Positions 1-12,403 of a stretch of 64,000 nucleotides of DNA are shown here, one piece after another (the stretch's first letter is position 1; every line of letters starts with the position of its first letter). The stretch covers positions 144,524,001 through 144,588,000 of the forward strand of contig CM059432.1 of assembly GCA_030390025.1 (NCBI GenBank). The letters run 5' to 3'. The position numbers were made by a program, and so were the translations under genes. Under the pieces are notes generated by a model that ran no database searches, was not told the origin of the DNA, and saw nothing but the letters and a program-made list of their open reading frames with translations. The stretch is from Squalus acanthias (lineage: Eukaryota).

Positions 1-332
1 TTGCTGTTCGATGGATATTTCCTACAGTTTTCAGGGTTTGTTTTAAACTCTATGGGCTGGATTTTGATTCAGGGGCGGGCTGGGGTCGTGTAATCCGCAT
101 TTCGTGTTAGCCACCCGAATCTAAATCGATGTGGGAGATTGATGCAATTTTAACATAATTGGCCAATTGAGTTCCAACGTGTGGGAACCCATGGCCAGTG
201 AGTTTCTCCAGTCTGAAAGTCGCTTCCGATGACGTCATCATTGCTGCAGCATTTAAGGTCTGCAACAAGCCTTGCTTCCTCTGCAGACTGCCAAGCTTCT
301 GCCTTTGCATGTTAGAGGCACCTGCAGGAAGA

Positions 333-2298
333 ATGGCCAGCCAGAGACCTAGGTCTGCACCTCGATTTGATGACGTCGCCCTGCAAGCTTTAATTGAGGG
401 AGCCAGAGCTAATAAGGAGGTGCTCTTCCCTTCTTCAGGGAGGAAGAAGCCTTCCCATCAAACCAAGGCTATGTGGATGCAGGTGGCAGAGAAGGTCAAC
501 TCGTTGTCCATAACCCGCAGAACCTGGCTTCAATGCAGGAAGAGGTTTCATGACCTGCTGCGCACTGGAAAAGTGAGTATGACTTTCCCATCACCTTCAT
601 TCTGATCCCCATTGCCTCTCCTCACCAGCACTCAGCTTTGACAACCTCTTGCTCCACATCCCACTTGACACTGACATCCCTGCACCCTTACCCATTCCCT
701 CTCTCTGTATGGTCACATTCACCTAACTATTCGACTATGCAGCCCTCACACTCCCTATCGCTGTGATGCTATGAAAACAACTTACAACACACAGGGAGGG
801 GCCCATGGTCTTGCCACCTCACTCCGAATTTGTCTCCTTCTAACCATCAATGATATAGATTCTCTACACTCACTCCTTCATTCTCACTCAAACTCCACTT
901 GTCTCCCTCATTGCAGGAAAAGAGAGCTCACAATAAGAGGGAAAGAGCGAGGACAGGAGGAGGGCCACCCTCAGTAGCCCAGCTCACCACCTGGGAGGAG
1001 GCGGTCCTGGAGATCATGGGAGTGGAGGAGGATGCGCAAGTGGGGGACGGACAGACGGGTGCATCAGAGCAAGCTGGTGACAGAATAGTTTATCATCTCT
1101 CTCATTGACATTGCATGAGTCACTGATAATGATTCTGATGCTCCAACAGACTGACTTATGATCATCTGCAATATGCAATGTGCATGTAACCTTGGACTCA
1201 CATCTCTGACTCTTTCCTTTACTCCCCCCCAGGACCATCACGAGCAGCCGTCCCCACCGTCCAGGAGGAAGAGCATGAGCCTCACCACTCCTCAGAGGAA
1301 GCTGCAACCTCTGAGGGCACCGCGTCAGCAGAATTCAGCGCACCCAGCACCAGCGCAGACACTCACACCTCGGAGGGAACATTGCGAGATAGAGTAGTGT
1401 TGTCACCGATTTATCACAGCTCACAAGTGAGCATCAGCAGATACTGGAGACAGGGACAGCAGTGGAGAGTCCTAGTCGGAGGGCGCAGGACTCTCCTAGC
1501 TCGGCTCAGCTGCATGTCGACCCTCTGCCTCTGGGTCCATCCATAAGATCAGCGGTGCTGGAACTCCAGGAACAGATGCAGGAGTCTCTGGCAGGTTTTG
1601 TCTCCAGGGTCGCTGCGAGTGTGGAGCGAATGGAGGAGTCCATAGCAAACATGAGCAGGGCCTTTGTGGAGTCATTGGCGCATGAACGCATCACCACGGA
1701 AAGGATGGCAACCTCCGTGGAAAGGATGGCTACAGTAGAGGAGAGGCTGGCTACGGCTATGGAGGAGATAAGTCGCCAGAGTGTAGAAAACATGGTCATT
1801 CTTCAGAATAGACTGGCATCTCTTGAGGAGCAATGGTCATCTATTGAACACAGAAACCAGACCTTCATGGAAGTCCTTCTGAGTAGGACTTCCAGTGCAG
1901 ATATGGGTCCCCATGGCCCCCCTGATGTGCAGCAAGGTGCTCTCAATCCACTTGCAAGCGCTGAGGTGGGGCTGACCCATGGGAGGGATGTTGGTGGCAG
2001 CCAACAAGGAAGTGGGGGCTCCTCTCCAAGCGCTCACACGACCAAGCCACTGCAAAGCCCTCGGTCAGAGCCCCACCAGAGTCCTCACCCAACTGAGATG
2101 GGCGTCTCAACCCCTGCACAGCCGTAGGAGCAGCAGACTGTTGCCGAGCCCTCACAGGTTCGCAACCCCAGAGGACGCCCGCCAAAGGTGTCGAGGCAGG
2201 AGCAGCAAGAAAGTGAGCAAGGGGCCTCCACATCTGCTGAAGCCACAGGGGAAGCACCACGTAGGAGCACGCGGAGAAGAAAAATAATGCACAAGTAG
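333..2298 (+). pseudogene. Harbinger Myb/SANT-like DNA-binding protein gene, 3 exons (333-572, 917-1076, 1233-2298), with frameshift near 1408 and premature TAG at 2125-2127
   Basis: MASQRPRSAPRFDD...W..VAEKVNS...RTWLQCRKRFHDL joined by GT-AG introns in compatible phases to EKRAHNKRERARTGGGPP; coiled-coil-like middle; C-terminal PRGRPPK and PRRSTRRRK. Confidence 0.8.
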
Positions 2299-2556
2299 TC
2301 ACAAGGGTAGTCACTTGGGTGTAATGTTGTGTTTAATCTTGAAATGCCAGCACTTGCTTGGTGTGATTAAAAATTCTGCTGGCAAACTGCTGAAGTTGTG
2401 GCGCCTGTCATTTCGCAAATGGGACTTCCACATTGAGGGCTTAGGATGACTTGCAATTGTCAGTATGGTGGTCAGAGTGATAGGAATCCGCAGGTTCCTG
2501 GCCATTGTCGATGGTCTGATAAGAAGGTGCGAGGCAAAAGTGTTTGATTGCGCAGG

Positions 2557-2778
2557 CTAAGCAAATCTGGTCAAGTGCGTCCCTTGCATCTCGGGCAGCA
2601 ATGTGGTCGCGCGCTGGCGCCTTCTGGCCTGTGCAGCTTCAGGTGGGTGAGGAGCAGCTTGGCACTCCTGTTGATGCTACTTCTGCTGGTGGTGCTGTTC
2701 TTCATGGTTCTGCTGCTGCCACGGCTGGTCTTCGTCCGAATCTGATGTCCAAGAGGAAAGGAAATAAATGATTCCCAT
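2557..2778 (-). pseudogene. Remnant of Harbinger transposase: Q/H-rich N-terminus fused to C-terminal tail, catalytic core absent
   Basis: MGIIYFLSSWTSDSDEDQPWQQQNHEEQHHQQ... runs into HIAARDARDAL..TRFA*; convergent to the Myb gene as expected for Harbinger; no DDE core visible. Confidence 0.5.
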
Positions 2779-3311
2779 GCTTCTGGTATATGCCTCAGTT
2801 GAGGAAGCGCTCAGTCAAGGTGGCGAGAGGGGTTTCCCAGGAGGTCACACTGGAGATGGGTGTCAGGCTCCAAACTTCCACAGCTGTGGTTATGCCATAT
2901 AAAAGTTCCCCCAGACCTCAGACAACAAAGTCCTGCCAACTGCAAATGATGGCTGATCACATCTCCTATTTCATGGTTGAGCTGCAGCTGATAGTCAGCA
3001 ATCCAAATGTGCTCCCGCCAGGTTTCACATTCGTGGTTCAGAACAGGCGTGCTTCACGTGGAAAAAGGGTTAAAATCACAAAGGCCTTTCAAAATGGCAT
3101 TATAGAGGCAATTTAGTGCTTGTTAAGGGCCTTAACTGCCTATCCCGCCTCTTAGAGGCGGGACGGAGTCGGGACCAGCAGACACGATTTAATGAAAATT
3201 GCGTGGAGGCGGGATGGAAGCGGGCTTGTGCCCGCCTGCCAGTTTTCACAATTTTAACTCCCCACACGCCTCCAAACCCGCCTCTACGGGTCAATGAAAA
3301 TTCTGCCCTAT

Positions 3312-3737
3312 GTTTGCATAAACTCGGCTTGTATTCACTTGAGTTTAGAAGGTTGCGGGGTGATCTAATCAAGGTGTTTAAAATGATAAAGGATTCGATA
3401 GGGTAGATGCAGAGAAACTATTTCCTCTGGTTGGGGGTTCCAGAACAAGGGGGCATAATCTGAAAATTAGAACCAGGTTATTCAGGGGTGAAATCAGGAA
3501 GCACTTCTTCATACAAAGGGTAGTGGAAATTTCTCTCCCCCAAAAAGCTGTGGATGTTGGAGGCCAATTGTAGCTTTCAACACTGAGATTAATAGATTTG
3601 TGTTAGGTAAGGGTATCAAGGGATATGGAGCAAAGGCGGGGAACTGGAGTTGACGTACAGATCAGCCATGATCTAACTGAATGGCAGAGCAGGCTCGAGG
3701 GTCTGAATGGCCTCCTCCTGGTCCTATGTTCCTATGT
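3312..3737 (+). mobile_element. CR1 LINE 3' fragment
   Basis: [22 protein letters not shown]1 3'UTR (GATCAGCCATGATC...GAATGGCC) and TCCTATGT tail repeats. Confidence 0.9.
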
Positions 3738-4659
3738 AATGATTTGAAAGTGCTCCACCTCATGCTGCAGAGTGCTATCACTTTATGTGACAACTACCTG
3801 GAGCCTGATACAATATTTATCACTGTGAGCAGGTGACAGTTGCAGAGCAGTAATATCGTGTGCCCTACACCAACAACTGAGAAAACCTCCTTTCTGACAT
3901 TGATGTCTTTAGCGATAATCAAAGCACAGGAGACAATTAAACACGTCAACTTGTGTTCTTGCTATTTACTCCGTGCAAGAACTGTTCACTGCCTCGTACG
4001 TTCCCAACAAATGCACGTTCTCACTTAAACAGCCTCAACAGCCCAGACCATGCACAGGGAAGGTAGTCAGTGCAAATTCAGGTTTAAATTTAGCCTTCCG
4101 GCTTGCAATTTAAGTAATCTGACATCACTCTCTGGCTTATTTTGTGCATAAAACTGCTGAACTTTAATACCATCCCTGTGGATTTTGGCTGTTCCATTAA
4201 CAATCCTTCCATTCTATTAGATCTTGTGTGAAGAAAGACTTTCACATTTTACCTAAAAGAGAATGGGAAATCTGAATGGATCAAAGCAAATTAATTGAGT
4301 GATATACGTATTATATTTGACAAGCAATATGTCATGCAAGGAAGGAGTATTTACTTTGGAATATTCGTACTGCCTAATGAGGATGAAAACGTTGTGATTC
4401 TGGCCAGCAGATCGCTAGCTGATGATGGAAATAGTTGTGTGATGTAATGTTAGGGTGTTGCTCCATCTGTGGAACCCCAGTTATTTGTGAAAGATCAAAG
4501 ACTCTGAATTAGTGAGTGGCTTTGAGGCTTGGCCAGGGAAGACCTAAAACTGTCCACAGCAAATGTGTAACAACCATAACATCAATACGGAGGGAGGAGC
4601 AAAAAGAAAAAGGCACAAACCAGCACTTAAAGCAAAACACTGAGTGGCTCATCAGCTGC

Positions 4660-7210
4660 AAGAGGGATTGGCACTCGCTGCGAGAGTGAGCGAGGGGGAT
4701 TGGCACCCACTGCGAGAGTGAGCGAGGGGGATTGGCACCCACTGCGAGAGTGAGCGAGGGGGATTGGCACCCACTGCGAGAGTGAGCGAGGGGGATTGGC
4801 ACCCACTGCGAGAGTGAGCGAGGGGGATTGGCACCCACTGCGAGAGTGAGCGAGGGGGATTGGCACCCACTGCGAGTGTGAGCGAGGGGGATTGGCACCC
4901 ACTGCGAGTGTGAGCGAGGGGGCTTGGCACCCACTGCGAGTGTGAGCGAGGGGGTGAGCGAGGGGGATTGGCACCCACTGCGAGAGTGAGCGAGGGGGAT
5001 TGACACCCACTGCGAGTGTGAGCGAGGGGGATTGGCACCCACTGCGAGTGTGAGCGAGGGGGATTGGCACCCACTGCGAGAGTGAGCGAGGGGGATTGGC
5101 ACTCGCTGCGAGAGTGAGCGAGGGGGATTGGCACCCACTGCGAGAGTGAGCGAGGGGGATTGGCACCCACTGCGAGTGTGAGCGAGGGGGATTGGCACTC
5201 GCTGCGCGTGTGAGCAAGGGGGATTGGCACCCGCTGCGAGTGTGAGCGAGGGGGATTGGCACTCGCTGCGAGTGTGAGCGAGGGGGATTGGCACTCGCTG
5301 CGCGTGTGAGCAAGGGGGATTGGCACCCGCTGCGAGTGTGAGCGAGGGGGATTGGCACGCGCTGCGAGTGTGAGCAAGGGGGATTGGCACCCGCTGCGAG
5401 TGTGAGCGAGGGGGATTGGCACCCACTGCAAGTGTGAGCGAGGGGGATTGGCACTCGCTGCGAGTGTGAGCGAGGGGGATTGGCACCCACTGCGAGTGTG
5501 AGCAAGGGGGATTGGCACCCGCTGCGAGTGTGAGCAAGGGGGATTGGCACCCGCTGCGAGTGTGAGCGAGGGGGATTGGCACCCACTGCAAGTGTGAGCG
5601 AGGGGGATTGGCACTCGCTGCGAGTGTGAGCGAGGGGGATTGGCACCCACTGCAAGTGTGAGCAAGGGGGATTGTCACGCGCTGCGAGTGTGAGCGAAGG
5701 GGATTGGCACCCGCTGCGAGTGTGAGCGAGGGGGATTGGCACTCGCTGCGAGAGTGAGCGAGGGGGATTGGCACCCACTGCAAGTGTGAGCGAGGGGGAT
5801 TGGCACTCGCTGCGAGTGTGAGCGAGGGGGATTGGCACCCGCTGCGAGTGTGAGCGAGGGGGATTGGCACTCGCTGCGAGTGTGAGCGAGGGGGATTGTC
5901 ACGCGCTGCGAGTGTGAGCGAGAGGGATTGGCACTCGCTGCGAGTGTGAGCGAGGGGGATTGGCACCACTGCGAGTGTGAGCGAGGGGGATTGGCACCCA
6001 CTGCGAGTGTGAGCGAGGGGGATTGGCACCACTGCGAGTGTGAGCGAGGGGGATTGGCACCTCACTGCGAGTGTGAGCGAGGGGGATTGGCACCACTGCG
6101 AGTGTGAGCGAGGGGGATTGGCACCCACTGCGAGTGTGAGCGAGGGGATTGGCACCCGCTGCGAGTGTGAGCGAGGGGGATTGGCACCCACTGCGAGTGT
6201 GAGCGAGGGGGATTGGCACGCACTGCGAGTGTGAGCGAGGGGGATTGGCACCCACTGCGAGTGTGAGCGAGGGGGATTGGCACCCACTGCGAGTGTGAGC
6301 GAGGGGGATTGGCACCCACTGCGAGTGTGAGCGAGGGGGATTGTCACCTCGCTGCGAGTGTGAGCGAGGGGGATTGGCACCCACTGCGAGTGTGAGCGAG
6401 GGGGATTGGCACCCATGCGAGTGTACTCGCTGCGAGTGTGAGCGAGGGGGATTGGCACCCACTGCGAGTGTGAGCGAGGGGGATTGGCACCCACTGCGAG
6501 TGTGAGCGAGGGGGATTGGCACTCGCTGCGAGTGTGAGCAAGGGGGATTGGCACCCGCTGCGAGTGTGAGCGAGGGGGATTGGCACCCGCTGCGAGTGTG
6601 AGCAAGAGGGATTGGCACCCACTGCAAGTGTGAGCAAGGGGGATTGGCACCCAGTGCAAGTGTGAGCGAAGGGGAGTGGCACCCGCTGCGAGTGTGAGCG
6701 AGGGGGATTGGCACCCGCTGCGAGAGTGAGCGAGGGGGATTGGCACCCGCTGCGAGTGTGAGCGAGGGGGATTGGCACCCGCTGCGAGTGTGAGCAAGAG
6801 GGATTGGCACCCACTGCAAGTGTGAGCAAGGGGGATTGGCACCCAGTGCAAGTGTGAGCGAAGGGGAGTGGCACCCGCTGCGAGTGTGAGCGAGGGGGAT
6901 TGGCACTCGCTGCGAGTGTGAGCGAGTGTGAGCGAGGGGATTGGCACCCACTGCGAGTGTGAGCGAGGGGGATTGGCACTCGCTGCGAGTGTGAGCGAGG
7001 GGGATTGGCACCCACTGCGAGTGTGAGCGAGGGAGATTGGCACCCACTGCGAGTGTGAGCGAGGGGGATTGGCACCCACTGCGAGAGTGAGCGAGGGGGA
7101 TTGGCACCCACTGCGAGTGTGAGCGAGGGGGATTGGCACCCACTGCGAGTGTGAGCGAGGGGGATTGGCACCCACTGCGAGTGTGAGCGAGGGGGATTGG
7201 CACTCACTGC
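4660..7210. repeat. 32-bp minisatellite, about 80 copies (GAGTGTGAGCGAGGGGGATTGGCACCCACTGC)
   Basis: Direct 32-nt periodicity; explains the long repetitive minus-strand ORFs. Confidence 0.97.
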
Positions 7211-7569
7211 CTGGTAGCACTGCATTCCAGATAGGATTAAAGAAATGACAGTGGTGGAGAAGTTTGATGGAAACAGGGAGCAGAAGGTAGTTGGAGGGGG
7301 AAACCAACACAACACATCTAGGAAACTGCCTTTAAGACAAAATAAAATCAGGACGTTAGTAATGAGCTGGGTGGAGAGCTGGTGATGCCTTGTTCCCATG
7401 GCAGTGTTTAACCTCCTTTCTGAGGCGAGGGTTGGAGCCTGTGCAGTCTGCTCACTCTGCACCACAACACTGCCTCCAGAGACAGCAGGATTAGAGGCAG
7501 GGATACCACTGCAGTGTGGTAGAAAGACATTTATATTAGCACTAGTGTAGATTGGATTTTGGGAGGGAA

Positions 7570-8190
7570 GGGGTACAGAGACTTGGGGGATCAGATACAC
7601 AAATTCATCAAACTGCGACCCTAGGTTTTACAAATAGGGCCACAGATTACAAAAGCAAAGAGGGAATGCCACACCTATGCAAAGCTTTGGTTAGACCTCC
7701 ATTAGAATCCTAGTCCGGTTTTAGGTGCCCTACTTTAGGATTGAAGTCAAGGCTATGGAGAGGGTGCAGAAGGGATTCACTGAAATGATACCTGGGATGA
7801 GAGGTTTCAGTTATGAGGAGAGATGAGAGATACTGGGGCTCTTTGTATTAGTATAGAGAAGGTTAAGCAGAGATCTGATAGAGCTCTTCAAAATTAAGAA
7901 GGGTTTTGTTGAGGTAAACAAGGAAAATCTATTTCTACTGGTCAGTGAGTCGGTAATTTGAGGGCATTGTTTTACCAAAAGGATCAAAGGGAAAGATTTG
8001 AGACACACAAGGGCTTGTTAGGGCAAGGCGTGTCCCATCACAAACCGTGCTGGAAGCAGAATTCATTATAGGTTTTAAAAGGGAAGTGGATAAATAAGTG
8101 AAAAAGAAAAATGTAAAAGGGTACGAGGAATAGGATAGAGTGATCGCTCTGTCCGTGTGCTGAGCCAAGTGGCCTCCTTCTGTGCTATAG
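7570..8190 (+). mobile_element. Old, degraded CR1 LINE 3' fragment
   Basis: Decayed LVRPPLE / ERVQKGFTEMIPG / DLIELFKI motifs and GGCCTCCTTCTGTGCT tail. Confidence 0.75.
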
Positions 8191-8400
8191 AGTCCTAGAC
8201 CAGGAATTTCCTTACCCTCGGAAGTGCGGTGGAAGCCCCGTTTACACATGGGAGCAGCTCCGGAATACTAGATTCTAAATCAGTGTCTGTCAACTGACTG
8301 CCAGGGTCCATATCAATAAACCAACCTCCCAAATCCCAGATGCAGAAGCGAAGTCCCATGAAAAGACTGCAGCTTTAGAACTGCTGGCAGGAGGGAGCCA

Positions 8401-8554
8401 GGGAATTGGATAAGTACCTGAGGGGAAAATATTTTGCAGGGCTACGGGGAAAGGGCGGGGGAGTGGGACTAGCTGAAGTGCTCTTGCAGAGAGCCGGCAT
8501 CGGCTTGACGGGCCGAATGGCCTCCTTCTGTGCTGTAACCAGTCTATGATTCTA
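8401..8554 (+). mobile_element. CR1 LINE extreme 3' end
   Basis: ELDKYL...QGYGERAGEWD* followed by 3'UTR and TCTATGATTCTA; same family as 56930-57073. Confidence 0.85.
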
Positions 8555-8579
8555 GGTTAAGTAGTGTAATCCCTGGGAG

Positions 8580-10810
8580 CCCACTCACAGACACCTGTCT
8601 ACCCCACAGACACTAGCCCCACTCACAGACACCTGTCCAGCTCACAGACAGACACCGGTCTACCCCACAGACACTAGCCCCACTCACAGACACCTGTCTA
8701 GCTCACAGACACTAGCCCCACTCACAGACACCTGTCTAGCTCACAGACACTACCCCCACTCACAGACACCTGTCTACCCCACAGACACTAGCCCCACTCA
8801 CAGACACCTGTCCAGCTCACAGACACCTGTCCAGCTCACAGACACCTGTCCAGCTCACAGACACCTGTCCAGCTCACAGACACCGGTCCAGCTCACAGAC
8901 ACTAGCCCCACTCACAGACACCTGTCCAGCTCACAGACACTGGTCTACCCCACAGACACTAGCCCCACTCACAGACACCTGTCTACCCCACAGACACTAA
9001 CCCCGCTCACAGACACCGGTCTACCCCACAAACACTAGCCCCGCTCACAGACACCGGTCTACCCCACAGACAGACACCAGTCTACCCCACGGACACTAGC
9101 CCCACTCACAGACACCTGTCTACCCCACAGACAGACACCGGTCTACCCCACAGACACTAGCCCCACTCACAGACACCGGTCTACCCCACAGACAGACACC
9201 GGTCTACCCGACAGACACTAGCCCCGCTCACAGACACCTGTCTACCCCACAGACAGACACCGGTCTACCCCACAGACACTAGCCCCACTCACAGACACCT
9301 GTCCAGCTCACAGACAGACACCGGTCTACCCCACAGACACTAGCCCCACTCACAGACACCGGTCCAGCTCACAGACAGACACCGGTCTACCCCACAGACA
9401 CTAGCCCCACTCACAGACACCGGTCCAGCTCACAGACAGACACCGGTCTACCCCACAGACACTAGCCCCACTCACAGACACCTGTCCAGCTCACAGACAG
9501 ACACCGGTCTACCCCACAGACTCTACCCCACAGACACTAGCCCCACTCACAGACACCTGTCCAGCTCACAGACAGACACCGGTCTACCCCACAGACACTA
9601 GCCCCACTCACAGACACCGGTCCAGCTCACAGACAGACACCGGTCTACCCCACAGACACTAGCCCCACTCACAGACACCGGTCCAGTTCACAGACAGACA
9701 CCGGTCTACCCCACAGACTCTACCCCACAGACACTAGCCCCACTCACAGACACCTGTCCAGCTCACAGACAGACACCGGTCTACCCCACAGACACTAGCC
9801 CCACTCACAGACACCTGTCTAGCTCACAGACACCAGTCTAGCTCACAGACAGACACCAGTCTACCCCACAGACACTAGCCCCGCTCACAGACACTGGTCC
9901 AGCTCACAGACAGACACCGGTCTACCCCACAGACACTAGCCCCACTCACAGACACCTGTCTAGCTCACAGACACCAGTCTAGCTCACAGACAGACACCAG
10001 TCTACCCCACAGACACTAGCCCCGCTCACAGACACCGGTCCAGCTCACAGACAGACACCGGTCTACCCCACAGACACTAGCCCCACTCACAGACACCGGT
10101 CCAGCTCACAGACAGACACCGGTCTACCCCACAGACACTAGCCCCACTCACAGACACCTGTCCAGCTCACAGACAGACACCGGTCTACCCCACAGACACT
10201 AGCCCCACTCACAGACACCTGTCCAGCTCACAGACAGACACCGGTCTACCCCACAGACACTAGCCCCACTCACAGACAGCCACCAGTCTACCCCACAGAC
10301 ACTAGCCCCGCTCACAGATACCGGTCCAGCTCACAGACAGACACCGGTCTACCCCACAGACACTAGCCCCACTCACAGACACCGGTCCAGCTCACAGACA
10401 GACACCGGTCTACCCCACAGACACTAGCCCCACTCACAGACACCGGTCCAGCTCACAGACAGACACCAGTCCAGCTCACAGACAGACATCGGTCCAGCTC
10501 ACAGACACCGGTCCAGCTCACAGACAGACATCGGTCCAGCTCACAGACACCGGTCCAGCTCACAGACAGACTTCGGTCCAGCTCACAGACAGACACCAGT
10601 CCAGCTCACAGACACCGGTCTAACTCACAGACAGACATTGGTCCAGCTCACAGACAGACATCGGTCTAGCTCACAGACAGACATCGGTCTAGCTCACAGA
10701 CAGACACCGGTCTAGCTCACAGACAGACATCGGTCTAGCTCACAGACAGACATCGGTCTAGCTCACAGACAGAGATTGGTCCCATTAACAACCACCAGTC
10801 TAGCTCACAG
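8580..10810. repeat. Compound minisatellite of 19- and 23-bp CACAGAC-based modules with a 61-bp higher-order unit
   Basis: Modules CACAGACACTAGCCCCACT (19), CACAGACACCKGTCCAGCT (19), CACAGACAGACACCGGTCTACCC (23); 61-nt period evident at 9301-9500. Confidence 0.95.
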
Positions 10811-10811
10811 G

Positions 10812-11256
10812 CATCAGCTATGAAGAGAGACTGGACAGGCTGGGGTTATTTTCCTTAGAGCAGAGAAGGCTGAGGGGGGACCTGATTGAGGTGTACAAAA
10901 TTATGAAGGGGCATAGATAGGGTAGATAAAAAGGAACTTTTCCCCTTAGTAGAGGGGTCAATAACCAGGGGGCATAGTTTCAAGGTAAGGGGCAGGAGGT
11001 TTAGAGGGGATTTGAGGAAAAACTTTTTCACCCAGAGGGTGGTTGGAATCTGGAACTCACTGCCTGAAAGGGTGGTAGAGGCAGGAACCCTCACAACATT
11101 CAAGAAGCATTTAGATGAGCACTTGAAACGCCATAGCATACAAGGCTACGGACCAAGTGCTGGCAAATGGGATTAGATTAGACTGGGCTTGATGGCCGGC
11201 GCGGACACGATGGGCCGAAGGGCCTCTTTCTGTGCTGTATAACTCTATGACTCTAT
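10812..11256 (+). mobile_element. CR1 LINE 3' fragment
   Basis: [43 protein letters not shown]; tail ACTCTATGACTCTAT. Confidence 0.9.
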
Positions 11257-12403
11257 AGCCAACCAGTATAAAGGCGGCAAAAAATGGATCTCCGTGTGGG
11301 GAGGACGAGGAGGGTCATAACCTCATGGTGTCACCACTGTTAAGCTGTCACTTGGCAATATGTTATGAGGCAAAAAAAACCTGAAGTACGAGGCAAGCAG
11401 CTTAACTTCTTCTGATGTTACCAGTGGCATTAACTAAAGAGGAATGGGGCGATGAACTCATGCTTCAGGAAATGGTGCCATGTTTGCTGTTATCAGGAAC
11501 AGTGCTAATTAAGCAATCCGGAGGCTGAAGAATGTCACAAAACAACTCTGGAATCAGCGGAATTCTATTTTATCATCAGGAACTGCTTTCATTAAAGAGC
11601 TATGGGGTAGCAGGACAGCATAGGAAATGGAGTAACTCCACTGTGAGTCAGCAGAGCCGTTTAATGAGCCGAGCAAAAATACATTTACCAGGAGGCAGCT
11701 CAGAGTTTGGGCAACAAGAATTAAACAGGAGAGGAAGAGAACAAAGACAGGAAAAAAAGCATTGAACAATTTGGGACTGGGAGCGGGAATGGCGGGGGGG
11801 GGGGGGGGGGGGGGGGGCAGTGTCACATGCTTTTAAAAAGTAGAATGGATCGAATTGGGAAAGTAACAAAGCAACCAGTGTGTTAGATGGAACCTACATC
11901 GCTCACTGAATGGAAAAGTGGATTACCTCAGGAAGCTGTTCAATCCAGCAACTGGAATACACAAATTCAACAAAACAAGTCAAAAGGAGACACCCAGAAA
12001 CTTGAGCTTCCGGACATTTTTCATACTCATGCAGAAGCCAAACTGTTGCAGAATAGCTTTCATTTTATTTATTCTTTTCGCCCTCCCCCCCCCGCCCCCC
12101 ACCCCCCACTCCCCCCCACCCCCCACTCCCCCCCAACTCCACTTTCCTTGCTGTGCTCTTCAGTGGGAACTGCTATGTGGCGATTTATTCTGAGCAAGAC
12201 GACACCTGAAGTCCCTGGGTAAGGAGTTTAACTTCTATTCAAATTGCCAATGGCAAAGATGAACTTATGCCCCCATCGTGCAGTTAATCACAGGCACAAT
12301 AACTTTGAAGGAGAACATTTCTAAAGTTTGTAGCTGATTTCCTGTATTGCTGCTCATGGTAAGTGAGATAACAGGCTGAGTGTTACCCCGTGTAATACAC
12401 AAG

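Larger units (their letters stand above)
54..3308. mobile_element. PIF/Harbinger DNA transposon, internally deleted (non-autonomous)
   Basis: Imperfect TIRs GGGCTGGATTTTGATT (from 54) and revcomp GGGCAGAATTTTCATT (ending 3308); 3-bp TSD TAT (51-53 / 3309-3311); convergent Myb/SANT gene and transposase remnant. Confidence 0.8.

Noticed and set aside
4509..7600. 933-aa and other long ORFs with C/H-rich periodicity
   Set aside because: Translations of a 32-bp tandem repeat, open in several frames; not zinc-finger genes
8580..10810. CRISPR-like repeat/spacer appearance
   Set aside because: The apparent spacers are a few recurring modules, not unique sequences; eukaryotic context, no cas genes
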